A DNA stretch of 63,816 bases, the filler included, from Hausera hauseri (taxonomy: Eukaryota), in assembly GCA_046269625.1 (NCBI GenBank). It is 9 parts of 9 records of this genome, joined end to end, with 100 filler letters (N's around TTAATTAATTAA, not from the genome) between each part and the next. Parts side by side here need not be neighbours in the genome. Positions count along the whole stretch, not along the records: positions 11,077 to 17,816 come from JBJURY010070439.1; positions 17,917 to 24,055 come from JBJURY010134873.1; 7 more parts are not named here. One strand, given 5' to 3'. The notes below the pieces were generated by a model that worked only from the letters and a program-made list of their open reading frames with translations, was not told the DNA's origin and searched no databases. Shown one piece after another: positions 11,077-24,155 of the stretch. The first letter of the stretch is position 1, and the number at the start of each line of letters is the position of its first letter. The position numbers and the translations under genes are program-made.

Positions 11077-14000
11077 TTGGTGCCATTTTAACTTTTATTC
11101 CTTTAGCGTTATATCGTCTGCATGTCTTGCAATAAGCGTTGTAACTTTTAACCAACTTCCTTAACTTGGGGATCCAATACTTTTGTGAAACCTCAGCTAT
11201 TTGTTGATTTATTCCTCCACAATGCTTTAATTTCATGTGATAGTGTTCCACGATGAGTTTTGCTAATTTTTCCTTGTTTGATAGAATTACTGGGTATTTA
11301 TACTCCCATAGCAAGAATTCACTCGTTACTAATCTACTATTACTCCTAATTAATGCATCTTCTGTAATTACGGGATTAGCTTTTTTTAGTTCTACTCCTC
11401 TTTCCAATGCTTTTAGCTCTTCAGCTAATTTGTTCTTTTGATCCTCCTTCAATAACAGTACTCTAGCTTTTTTGAATAACTGACTTTCATCCTCATCGCT
11501 TTGATCGTCCGTTTGGTTGTTTTTCTATTCTTTAACTTTCATAATTATAAGTTGGCTCCATCTCGAGTTCTCCCGCTCTGTTTCTTCTAAGATAGTTCGT
11601 TCAGTCGAAATATTCGTATGTAACGTTAATTTTTCTTTTCTTTATCGAATCCTTCTTTAATAGTCGGTTGTATAGGCCAACTTCCCTTTGGTTTTACTAA
11701 AAATTCCGGTCCCTGCCACCACAACTGGTTCTTAGCTAGTTGAATTATTGTGGAACCCCTAGTTAAAACGTCTGCAGGGTTAATTTTCGTCGGAATATAC
11801 CTCCATTGAGCTCCTTTTAACTTTTCTTGAATATAACTAATTCTATTCGCTACGAAAGTTTTGTATAGCTTTCCATGTCTCACCCAATGTAGTACGTCCA
11901 TACTGTCGCTCCAATAACACAACTTCTTGTCGTCGTACTCTAATGCCGTCGAAACCTTCTGTCCTACTTTTACTCCTGTCACAGCAACTAATAACTCCAA
12001 TCGCAGTACTGAAACCACTTTTCTTGGTGATATTTTACTTTTCGCTACTATTATGTTGCTAGTTCTTCTATCCCCTGTGGTGACCATGTAAGCGACGGCT
12101 CCATAAGCATCTTTGAACGCATCACAGAATATATGTATTCCATATGGTGACTGATCGGCTATTAGGACACGTCTTATTTGAACATTATCCAAATCTTGTT
12201 GTTCCGATACCCATTCTTTCGCTTGCTTGATTAAGTGGTCTGGGAGTTGTTCGTCCCAATATGCGCCATGCATTCACATTTCTTAAATAATCAATTTTCC
12301 TTTCATTAAATAACTACTGAGAAACCCTAATGGATCAAATATTCTAGCTACTGAGCTCAAAAAATTTCTTTTTGTAGTAATTTCCTCTAATTGGACTCTT
12401 TTATCGAAAAAGAATACATCACTATTAGCGTTCCACCTCATACCTACAGTTTTTGTCTTTGTCTCTTCATCTACAATCTGGTAACACGCTGATATTTCAT
12501 ATTCCGGTATGATTTCTCGTAACCTCTCGGAATTTTAGACCCACTTTCTCGCAGACATACTAGCTTGGCTCCCCATCCATTTCAAATCACAGTACATCTT
12601 CACTGCTTCGTTCTCTGTCTTAACAGACACCAAGCTATCGTCCATATACGTAGCGTTTTTAACAACCCATGCCGCTTCAGGTACACGTTCTGCGTGTTTC
12701 TCGGCGTTTACACGACTTACTAATTGCGCTAGGTATAATGATGTATTCAATCCAAATACTAGTCTCTTAAATTCGTAGACTTTCTCAATATTTCCTTCCT
12801 TCCATAGAAATCTTAAGTATCTTCGGTCTTCCTGTGCCACCCCAATTTGTAGAAACATTTCTGTAATGTCACACACCATAGCAATTTCGTATTTTCTAAA
12901 CCTGATTAATATGTCTACTAAGTCTAATTGCAACTTTGGTCCTTGGTGGATCATATCATTCAAACTAAGACCCATATTTTTTGAGGCTGCATCGAACACT
13001 ATTTTAATTTTCGTCGTTTCTGCATCTCTTCTTACGACCGGAAAATGTGGTAGAATCCAACCCGTTGTATTGGTTTTCAGCACTTCTGTGACGTTCTTAA
13101 TATACCCTTTCCTTTCGTGCTCGACTATTTGATTCTGGTAACCTTCCTTCAAGCTCAAATACTTTTCTAATTTGTTTTCAAACAGCGATAACCGTCTCCT
13201 AGCAATTCTATTATTATCTGGCAACTCTTGTGGGTTTTTCTTCCATGGAATTTTGACTTCGTACCTATGATTAACGTACCTCATATCTCCCTTGGATCTC
13301 TCCATTATTCTCTCTTCTTCCTTTGTCCACTGTTGGTTCTTTTCTAACATATCTTCTAACCTCCATAACCGCTCTAAATCATCCTTTAACGCCTCTTCAC
13401 TTAAGAAGAAACATCTAATAAAGTTGGATCGCTTCTGCCATGGTCTTGTTGATATTGGTCCGATACAGGTCCACTCTAGTGGTGTTAATCGAGTCACGGG
13501 TTCTCATTCTTTCCCGGATATTTCTTTGATCGCTTGGTGAAGCTGACTATAATTTACTCTTATTAAACCCTCAACCTTCCCTGACTTTATAACATTTGGG
13601 AAAGGTATTCCCCTTAAATGGTTCCATTTGTTTCTCGATATATTCCAATTGGTCGCGTTTAAATTACCTACAACGTTTTCGATTGTCATTGCTGAGACTT
13701 TCGCTTCTAACTTTCTATTTAGACTACAGAGGTAAAATTCGACCCTTGCTGCACTTCTCCTCCTCTTTTTTCCGCCTAAGATCTCTACCGAAATCGATTC
13801 TGGCTCTTGTTCTAAACGCAACCTTTCTGCTATTGAAGCACTAATGTAACTGTCAGTGCTAGCATCATCTAATAAAACATTGATCTTTTCTTTATACGTC
13901 CCATGGCGCACAATCACCGGAATTGTCCTCAATGACACTTCATTTTTCTCTTCTGTGCTATATCTTCCTGTTACGTAGCTCTTATTTTGATCACTCCCGA

Positions 14001-14151
14001 GCTTTTCTGATTGACTCGCGTTTCTCTCACTCCCACTCAGTGATGGTTCTCTCAACTTCTCTTATCTGATGTTATCTGTCTTATGTACTCGATTACTAAT
14101 TCGTCCCGCTGGCTTTTCGCTCCTATGTGACTCTGATTCCATTAATGTTCT

Positions 14152-14304
14152 ATGCAAAAACCGACATTTGTCTCCGTTTCTGCAGTTCCCCTGTTGGTAA
14201 TATCTGCAAATTTTGTCCTTGTTTTCATTCTTTTCTTCCTTATTTTCATGGGAGTATTTTCATTTCTTCCCGAAGGTGCAATTTCCCTTTGCGAACGCCC
14301 AACA
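14152..14304 (-). other. Two tandem CCCH (C-X7-C-X5-C-X3-H) zinc fingers in BEL/Pao Gag
   Basis: CWAFAKGNCTFGKK*KYSH (TGA in place of the third Cys) and CRYYQQGNCRNGDKCRFLH, same frame. Confidence 0.85.
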
Positions 14305-15438
14305 CGCTCCTTTAACCATTGAGACCTTCTCTTTAATTTCAGTGAAGTGATTATGATGGTAATTTACCTTTTTCTCTTTCGATCCATGACTTTGGTGGTA
14401 GTCATTGCATTGGAAACACTTAAAGTCATCAGGTCTTCCACCTCTTTGCTCTTTTGTCTCTAATACGTCTATCCCGTGTGCGGATTCCGCTGATACTCGA
14501 CGAATACCGGCTTCTTCCTCCAACCAATATTTTAACTCGCTGACGGTTTCATCTCTTCTACAACTTCTGCGATATCTTTCCCATTGACTGATTAATGTCT
14601 CCAGTAGCTTCTCTAGAACAATTTTATATAGCAGCCCACTATCAAGGTCATTCTCTTTGTTCAGGTTTCTAAGTCGCACCACAACGGCTTCCAGTAGTGA
14701 TACTAAGTTGTTTATCTGCTTGACATTATTCACACTTACTTTCTCGAATTTTTGGATTTCATCTATCAACGCAGCGATTTTTCTTTGCTTTTCACCATAA
14801 AACCTTTCGAGTTTCTGCAGTATTGCTTCGTACGATGTTTCGCTGATTCCAAAATTTGCTACTAACTTCTTTGCTTCACCACTGAGACAAGCCTCTAATT
14901 TTATCTGTTTTTCTACTGCTGATATTAGAGTTCGATGTACACAAACTTCGAACGTTTGCCTCCATTTCTCGTAGACAGCAACGTGTCCGCTAAATTTCGG
15001 CAATTCTATTCTACTCAAGGGAGGACACAAATTATCTGTAACTGAAGTCTATGTGGTTTTTTGTCGACTGCTTTCCTGGTCGCTCCGATTAGCGGCTATA
15101 CCCCGTAATCCTGCCACCACATCAGCATTCAGTTGACTCGGGACCTCTCTATCTTGAATCAGATCTTCTAGCTCATCGGTTCTATTTTGCTGCCTCGCTA
15201 TAATCTGAAGTTCCAGTATTTCCGACACTGTTTGTTCATACGTGTCACAAAATTCGTTGTAGGTCTTTCGCAATTCTTCTCCTGAATTTTCCACGTATAG
15301 TTTCCCGTGCATATTTTCTAATCGTGACTTCATTTTGTCCTTCCTCAGAAATCTCGTTTTAAATTCCTTTGTTAATCGCTTTGCATTCTCTGAGCTCGCC
15401 TTCAGCTTCTTCTCATAATTTTTACTTGACCTTTTGCT

Positions 15439-15659
15439 CCCTCCTTTTAATCCAAGAATTAAATGTATGGTGGTTCCATGAACTAACTCCTCCACATCCT
15501 TGTCGTCCCTATTCTTTTACTTTGATGGAAGAGCTTTAAAGATTCTGCCGATACCTTCAATTTTCCTTCTATTTTGACAATCAATTCATTTACTGATCTG
15601 ATCTTCGCCACATTGATTTGGGTTAATACACCTTCTCGTACTCTTATAAACACTTGTTT
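15439..15659 (-). other. Ubiquitin-like domain ending in LKGG at the N-terminus of BEL/Pao Gag (one frameshift near 15508)
   Basis: KQVFIRVREGVLTQINVAKIRSVNELIVKIEGKLKVSAESLKLFHQSKRI/DDKDVEELVHGTTIHLILGLKGG aligns end to end with ubiquitin. Confidence 0.85.
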
Positions 15660-16050
15660 GACATTTTTCTCATCTTTTCTTTTCATTTGGGAACCGTGAT
15701 CCTCTTCTTTCTGTATCCATTTTCTTTCCGTCTCCTTGATGATTTCCACTTCTCTCTTCTCCGTCATTTTATCATCCGGCTAGGATCTTTTTATACCCAT
15801 GGCCATTTAAAATGATTTTAATTAGCACTCTGCCCAAGAGTGAACCATCTCCCTATTAAGTGGCACTTCAACAATTTCACCGCAACTCACAGAAGCACTT
15901 TTATAACCTTCTCCGACCTGGTCTGTGATTTTCGCTTCTTCAATTTTAAACAAACGGAGTTGAGAAGTACCGAAAGCAAGAAGAAAGACAGAATTTTCTT
16001 AAGACGATCAGAAGTCGTGGTTTACACTCTCGGATTACAAGGGGGAGCGT

Positions 16051-16069
16051 AAACCACGCTCTGCTACCA
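16051..16069 (-). promoter_or_regulatory. Primer-binding site complementary to initiator tRNA-Met
   Basis: Minus strand TGGTAGCAGAGCGTGGTTT upstream of the gag ORF. Confidence 0.85.
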
Positions 16070-16404
16070 TATTGAGAATTTACATAGCTTCTACATTGTA
16101 AAGTTGTTCTAACATTCCACATATCGACCTCAGAATAAAAAATTTTATCCATCAAAATGTTATTCATATTAACATGTAAACCCACATTAACCCATTTTAT
16201 ATTGAGCCCAAATATTTTTAAACTCCAATCGCAAATGTATTTATCTTTAAATAATTTCCCTTTCTCCATTAATTTATTTATGCTTAGATTTAGTTTATTT
16301 CTGTAAACACATACCATAATTTGGGAGGAGTAGCTCTCATTCATCTTATTTTCCAACCCCGCTCTTTCGTCCCCATCGGACAAACAAACAAATCCCCCAC
16401 AACA
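16070..16404 (-). repeat. Putative 5' LTR of the BEL/Pao element
   Basis: Minus strand TGTTG…CAATA abutting the PBS, contains AATAAA; no second copy available to confirm the outer boundary. Confidence 0.4.
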
Positions 16405-16559
16405 CACCCCAAGTTGGCATCCGTGGAATCAAGATATAAACAATAACTAATATTGCTATAATTATCATCACTAACCAAAACTATAAAATCGTTAGTTGAC
16501 CTATTTGCTATCCTAGTATTTTTCCAGAAGTAGCAAGATCCCCGCCAACCTTTTGCCAA

Positions 16560-17010
16560 CGACGTATTAAACTTCTCGTAAGCCACATGTACATCAGCAT
16601 TATTTTTAACGCCTGGCAAACAGACGTTGCCCATACGGAGGATTGTCAAAGTCACCTCTGGATAAATTACTTTATAAATTAATGCGGGAAATCTTTTGGG
16701 ATAAAGAAAACCAAATTCGTTATCTGTCTGACGGGAAAGCATGAGATTTACGGTCCCTCCAACATAACAGCATGCCCTTAAACTGTAAGTTCGGTAGTTA
16801 ATAAGTCGAACATCCAAAGTAAATTTTAAAAAAATCCGAGTAACTCGTCGACAACCCGTTCCACACTCCTTTTCAAGGATAATTCTCACTACGATTGCCC
16901 TGCTTTTATAAATGATTGCAGTTGCATAGGGTTCGCGAGGACGAAATACTAAACCATCAAACCGACATGTATTACGTTCGGAATTGTTGGTTAGTGACTG
17001 TGACTGATGT
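16560..17010 (-). pseudogene. Divergent TATA-binding-protein (TBP/TRF)-like remnant
   Basis: NSERNTCRFDGLVFRPREPYATAIIYKS… and YPKRFPALIYKVIYPEVTLTILRMGNVCLPGVKNNADVHVAYEKF match both TBP repeats. Confidence 0.7.
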
Positions 17011-17085
17011 AACAGTAATTATGATAGGTACTGTGAGAGGAACGATATAACTCAATTCATGTTTAGGAAACATAATGTGTCTGAG

Positions 17086-17210
17086 TCACGAAAGTCGTTG
17101 GCAATCACGGCTTGGCAAGATAATTTTGCCCGAGATAAATCCTATAATATAATGTGATTTTCCAGCTTTTATGACACCACAAATTACGATTCGAATTCCA
17201 CCACTATTTA
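17086..17210 (-). pseudogene. Possible dynamin/mitofusin-like GTPase P-loop fragment
   Basis: IRIVICGVIKAGKSHYIIGFISGKIILPS resembles the G1 motif region; too short to be sure. Confidence 0.35.
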
Positions 17211-18029
17211 AATTAGTTAAGAATTCGTTCCACCCTAACAGTAGGTTAAAGACTGTTATTGCACTGCTTAGAAGGTTCTCGGATTTTTCGAAAGATGTGC
17301 TTAAAAGGTTGCAACTATTCAATATGAATTATTGATAGTGGATCGTCAAAATAAAAATGCTTCTCTGATTTTGATACTTCTCCTTTATACCTTTTTCTCT
17401 AAAACTTCTAGTTCCACGAGTGCCCACAAGGGTTGTGTTGTATTTACATATCAGTCGTCACACAATTTTTCTTACATATTTCCACACCTATTTTACATTT
17501 TCAAGCATGTAGATTTCTTACAAACAAACTCAATTCCACACAAATTTAACATGATAAACCTAAAATATGTGTACAATCTCTATATATAACGTCAACATTC
17601 GCTCACTCCATTCTGTACATATACACACATGCCCACACACATACCTTTATATATACACCATATACATCTTCTTTCTTATCTATGCATCATGTCTTCCGGA
17701 TTACCCAACTAGTCAGTCAGGTTCCAACAAGACATATTCTCATTCCATCGCATGCTTAATTACTATCTACTTGTTATTTTTCACAGTATCATAGGACTAA
17801 ACAGCAATATCTACATNNNNNNNNNNNNNNNNNNNNNNNNNNNNNNNNNNNNNNNNNNNNTTAATTAATTAANNNNNNNNNNNNNNNNNNNNNNNNNNNN
17901 NNNNNNNNNNNNNNNNATGTATTTTGGTAGTTGCACTACCAAAATTATTGACATAAACTATCTCGACATCCTCCTACCACCGAATGGGAATTATTCAGAT
18001 CGAGCTTCGATGTTTTGCTTGCTAATTTG

Positions 18030-21000
18030 GTAGTACGGGTTCAACGTTGCCGGAATCCTCAACGTACCAGGGAATCTCCCGGGTATCATTTCGCAACCCC
18101 TTTCGTTCTTTGTTTTTCACAATAACAAACATGTATACCACATGCATAACACAGAAACTACACATCATTTATTCATCTCTTTCATCCCATCGCAATTCCT
18201 CTGATTTTTATCTGTCATACCACGGGTCAGTTTTACATCCGTCCGACTCACTTTCTCCTCTTTTTGCTCACTTCATCATTCACCTCACTTCATTATCGCG
18301 TCCGGGCGGATCGGATCCCGATCCCTTTTATGCTGAAAATTTCACTAAGACCATATATGGTTGCCGTCCTGCTGACCTCACACCAGCTACATCTCCAAAT
18401 CTCCCTTGCACGGATTTTTTTCTCGACAAAACGAATTCTAGTTGTACCTGGTTACAATTTCATTTGCAATGGTTTAAAGCCAATCATATTGCAGACTCCT
18501 TTTGCGGGCGAACAATTTGTTGCTACTACTTCCAGCTAATATCAAGCAGCAAATCAACAATCTTGCTAACATACTCACTTCTTCAAATTTATGTGATATG
18601 CTTTATGAATCAGTTTTGCATATAACCGACCCTTCCATTGACTGCATTATTCAAAAGTACTTTAATGAACACGTCATCGGAAATCAAGAACCGTCGGATT
18701 TCCTTAAAACTGCAATTTCGCAGTTGAGCTCCTTGGGTCTCATTTCCGTAAACAATGCCGATCTTCTTCGTCGGTATTTTCTTTCATCCTTGCCAACCTC
18801 TATCAGAGCGTTGCTCACGGTAGTAGACGACTCAACGGCCCTTGAAAAGCTTGCCTTATTGGCAGACACAAATTTTGACATTTTGCAATTTAATAGTTCA
18901 CAGTCAGTAGCTGCGGCAACCGCTCACACACCGTCACACACAGATAACACTTTATTTGCACAACAACTGCATATGATGCAGAAGCAATTCGACATACTCC
19001 AAAGGGCAATTTCTGCAATCACGGCCAAACTCAGTGACTTATCCATGCCTCGAGGAAGCGAAAACCGTGTTTCGCGTAATCGTAGCTTTTCCAGGCACTC
19101 TTCTCGGTCTAAATCTCGAGATGGTAGAATAATTTGCTTCTATCACAATAAATTCGGTAGAGAAGCAAGAAAGTGTGTTTTAGGTTGTCAATTCTACAAT
19201 GAACGTTATGCAGTAGACAACCCGATCTGCATCTACCACACAAAGTATCAGTCCAAGGCTAGGTCGTGTGTGCCATAATGCAAATATTATAAAAAGAATT
19301 CTAGTTTTTCTTCATCTTCTTCGCCTCCTCGTACTCATCATTCCTCTTATTTTTACCAACAATCCTCAAAAAGCTAATAATTCCACCAGATGCCACGAGA
19401 CATTCTGGAATAGGCAATATCGCCCAAACTTCTGGCCGTTTCGACACCGCCTCTACAATCTTTGTTGAAAGCTGAAATGTTATTTGGAGACACATCACAA
19501 ATAGACTTCCTTATCGATTCGGGAGCGGCCTTTTCACTTCTTCCTTTGTTTTTCTCTAACCCATCTAACACAGGTTTCACTCCTCCACTCTTCACTGCCT
19601 GTGATCAACCTTTGAACATTGTAGGTACCACAAAACTGACTTTCACATTCTCCAACCTACCAGCGAAGTTCTCCTGAAAATTTCACATAGCCAACATCAG
19701 ATCGCCCATAATAGGGTCCGATTTCCTGGCTGCATACGACTTGTTAGTCGACTGCAAGCATAAATGCCTCCTGCGTAGAAACTTCGTTGCAAATTCTAAC
19801 AAATGCTCACCAAACGACCAGTCGGACACTTTATCTTCCCCTGTTCATTCAAATGTCGATTTGACATGCTCCTTATCGGCCAATAACAGCACGCTTAATA
19901 AATCATCAATATTTTCAATTTCATCAAGTGAGAACAAAGCAATCTTGAAACAACCGATTGAGCCGAATATCATTAACAAAGTGCTCCGTGATTCTGCATC
20001 AATTACAGCCACCGACTCTTCCACTAATGTGCCCTCATCATTCTTATCGCTGGAATCCAATCTTAAATCCTTCCTCAAAACTTCTTGCTTCCGCACTCTT
20101 AAGAAGGACATCAATTTCAAGCCGCATTTTACAACATATCACCACATAGTAACCGAGCACCAAAGACCTATCAGAAAAAAGTAAGGCCACTGTCACCTCT
20201 CAGATGAAAAGCTGTTGAATCAGAGTTCAATGAACTCGAAGGGGCTGGCATAATTCGAAGATCCAAATCACCGTGGACTTCACCATTGCATGTAGTGACA
20301 AATAAGGATGGCACTTAAAGACCATGTGGTGACTATCGTCAGTTAAATAATCTAACAGTCCTCGATGCTTACCATTTACATCTCATAAATAACATCCTGC
20401 ACAGCCTTACCAACACTAACACGTACTCCACAATTGACTTGCATAAAGCATATCATAAAATTCCTGTTGCACCTAATGATATTCCAAAAACTGCTATTAT
20501 TACTCCATTTGGCCTCTACGAATATATCTTTATGCCATTTCGTTTACGTAGTGCTTCTCAAACTTTCCAACGACACATTGATACCGTACTCTCAGGTTTG
20601 ATTTCGCTCATCCATATATTGATGACATATTAGTTGCCTCTACGTCTGTCAAACACCATCAAGAACACCTTCGTATTATCTTTCACAGACTACATCACAG
20701 CAATTTGCAAGTCAACTTCTCAAAGTGTCATTTCTTTCAAAAACGTGTAAATTTCCTAGGTCACGTCATCACTCCTCACGGCCACTCTCCACAACCGGAT
20801 CGACTACAACAATTGAAGAACATAACTCGACCAACGACTACCACGGACATGAGAAGCTTCTTATGCACACTCCACTTCATCCACAAATATATACCTCATT
20901 GTTCTGAGCTCACAGCACCTTTTGCACATTTGTCATCCGGAGAAAAGAGGCAGTTGATTCACTGGATTCCTGATCTAGTCACTAAGTTTGATCACTTATA

Positions 21001-22990
21001 CAATGGCCTAAAATCCGTCGAAATAATGGCCTATCCAAAGCCCAACGCTGATTTTATACTTACCACCGATGCCTCGACCACAGCCACCGGTGCAGCACTA
21101 CACCAAATTTCCAACGAGGTTGATGAACCACTAAAATTTTACTCTAGGAAGCTTACACAACCTGAAAGCCGCTACTTAAGATTTGACCGTGAGTTACTCG
21201 CCATAGTTCTGGCAGTAAAACATTTTAAACATCTACTTCTCTCTCGTCCATTTGTGATTCAAACTGATCACAAGCCTCTGCTGCACATCATGTCGTTAAA
21301 ACAGCCATTACCGAGGCAAGAGAGATATATCATACCTGTCTACGTTCAGCTTTGTTTTGGAATATATTTCAGGCACAGATAATTTGGTAGCAGATTTTCT
21401 ATCGAGGTCGGTTGGCTCCATCACTTTTGAGCCGATTTTTTTTCCAAAGTTTTAAAGGCAAATCTACTGTCTGCTGACTTTCTTAGTTCTTTCAAGTCCT
21501 TCGAAATCATCGATGGCATTGCTTATGATACGTCGAATACCGGGAATAAAAAGATCATTCTAGCACCACCTTTACAAGAACCAGCTTTCGTTCATTGACA
21601 TTTACTCCATCATCCAGGTTCGAGAGCAACCTTTCGCCTGTTACAACGTCATGTAGTTTGGCCATCAATGCGTAAAGATGTACAGGGCTGGATGAAAGAA
21701 TGCATAGCCTGTCAAAAATACAAAATCAACAAACACCTTAAACCGCAGTTGTACCATTTCCCTTGCACATCACGCTTTCACACAGTTCATCTTGATCTCA
21801 TTGGCCGCTTACATGCTGACAACGGATATCAATATATCCTTACTATGATGAATCGTGCTTCTCTCTGGTCTGAAGCCGTTCCTCTTCGTTCAACAAACAC
21901 TGATTCAGTAGCTGTTGCATTTATAAAAACCTGGATCAGTCATTTTGGTTCCCCACTCTATATAATAACAGATCAAGGTCCGCAATTTGAATCGGAACTA
22001 TTCAAATCGCTAGTAAAACACTTGGGGATATCCAATTTCCATACAACTCCATATCGTCCTCAAGCAAATGGCCTTCTTGAAAGGTTCCATCGAACAATGA
22101 AAGTTTCCTTAAAAATCTTGGCTAACACTCATCGCAATTGGACGTCCATTCTACCATTTGTTCTACTAGGGTGCCGCAACACACCTTCGACCACTACCGG
22201 CTGTGTTCCAGCCGAGGTACTCTTTGGGACTCAAATTCGGGCCTTATTTGAACTTCCTGATCTCGACGACAACCCAACAGACGAAAACATTCGTGCAGCA
22301 CAATCTCACTTCGTCAAGGTCAACTTAGATTCATTCTGTCGTCTCTTTAATAGCAATAAATCCTATATTCCAAAGGATTTATACTCCACTAAGTTTGTGT
22401 GGTTGAAGGATCAATCGCCTTCTGGTTTTAGACCTGAATATGTTGGTTCATACAAACTGCTGAATCTTTCTTCTAACACAGCAACCATCTTACGTCAAGA
22501 TAAACCTTATAACGTCCATATTTCGAACTTGAAGCCCGCTTTCTTCATTGACGATATTCCAGATGCCAACTCTACCGCTAATTCAAACTCAACTCCTACT
22601 TCTACCGATTTTCTAAACAACTTTGTGCCGTTGCAGCAATCAATGTTCTGTCACATTCACACATCATCATGTCCTCCATCCGTCTCGCCTCCCTCTAAGT
22701 CATCATGTTCACCATTTTCTTCACCTCTTTACTCACATGGACAATTTCATCATCTCCAATTGCATCGCCCTTTTTGCTTTACTCATCTTTATCATATCCA
22801 TCAGAAAACATCACTCAACATCCTATCATAAATCCATCCGGTAAGGTACGCAGGGTGACATTCAATACCTACAGAAGAGAAAAGTTCTGTGATGATACAC
22901 AACGCCTAACTTATACTAAAACCGAATAGCCGGTAAACACTGTTCTCCTTACATAGTTTCTCTTCTGCCAAGGGGGGGGGGTAATGTGGT
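18030..22990 (+). mobile_element. Gypsy family A copy 3 (divergent subfamily, near-full internal region, decayed)
   Basis: Ubl (…LSRPGG), Gag 18502-19278 with two CHCC fingers, FLIDSGA protease, RT, RNase H (LTTDAS…DRELLAI…TDHKPL), integrase 21668-22831, PPT AAGGGGGGGGGTAA|TGTGG. Confidence 0.95.
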
Positions 22991-24155
22991 ATTTAAATAA
23001 TTCATTTGTCATCGGAGAAGCTCAGACTTTTCTTTCGTAGTACATGTGTTGTCACAATATTGTCGCGTGACACAATTCGCAGCATGCCTGATAATAGTGT
23101 TGATTAATTTGTTCAATTTGTCCTGCTGATCTTGTGGCAGCTTTCAATCACTCGCCAAAGTTAGCCCGCTTCAGTGGCAATGAGACCCCACTGTAGTCCG
23201 TGTGTATTCATTAGACTGCCAATTTAGAGTAAAAGCCAGGATATTGCTGTGTTGGCTGGATTTAAGGGTAGCCTGAATGGGAAAAAAGATGTGGTGAGTA
23301 ATCACACTGGTAGAAAGGCTCTGAATCCGTTTTTCTCTCATTAAGCATTAGCCTGTGTGCATTTTAATTCCCTTTCCTGTGAGGAATCGCAGTAGTTAGC
23401 TGCAGACCAGTTACTCTTAAGGCTAATGACCCTGCATGTTAGCAGCTTAGCTGTGATATTTAACATTTTAGAGTTATGGTATTATCATTTGTTTTCGTGT
23501 TGTGGTGTGCAGAGTAGCTTACAAAGATAAGACCCTTCATCCCACCACCTCACATCTTTTGTGTTTCATTTAACACTATAGCCAGCCTAACCCACTGGAA
23601 ACCATAACTGCTCCTATACATTTGCATATTAAGTACACGACACATCTTTATGTTCTCTGCACTGGCTGAAGGTCTTTATTAGTACAGCAAAGACAATGCA
23701 ATTTTGTATGCAATACTTTAAAATGTTTCATACCCAAAAAATTCTGTTAAAAAAACAAGATTTTTACAAGGCTTTTGTTCAAACGCAAGAGCCAGTAACA
23801 TCAAAGTGCTACGGATCACGTTTTTTCTTTGTTTCATGGTGAAAAGTAAAAGTTTGAGGTCTAGCCACACCCACACCTTATGAAGAAAGCTCATTCTATT
23901 AACTTTTAATTTCCCTGTGCAATGTTAGACTGACTAAATATGATTCTGAGACTCCCAGTGCTCAATGAGATGTGTGTTTAAATCTGACATGAAAAACCCC
24001 AAAATCCAAAATGACAGTTGCTTATGTCCTGTTGGGTTGGGGTCAGATCTCCAGCNNNNNNNNNNNNNNNNNNNNNNNNNNNNNNNNNNNNNNNNNNNNT
24101 TAATTAATTAANNNNNNNNNNNNNNNNNNNNNNNNNNNNNNNNNNNNNNNNNNNN

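Larger units (their letters stand above)
11077..16404 (-). mobile_element. BEL/Pao LTR retrotransposon (decayed, 3' part cut by contig end)
   Basis: Gag IELPKFSG…YEKWRQTF; protease VLLDDASTDSYI; RT LPHFPVVRRDAETTKIKIVFDAAS…YMDD; RNase H IFCDAFKDAYGAV…RLELLVA…NPADVLTRG; integrase H..H…CKTC. Confidence 0.95.

Noticed and set aside
18026-18045. TGGTAGTACGGG as the PBS of copy 3
   Set aside because: Only about 6 nt match a tRNA end and no LTR is identifiable upstream
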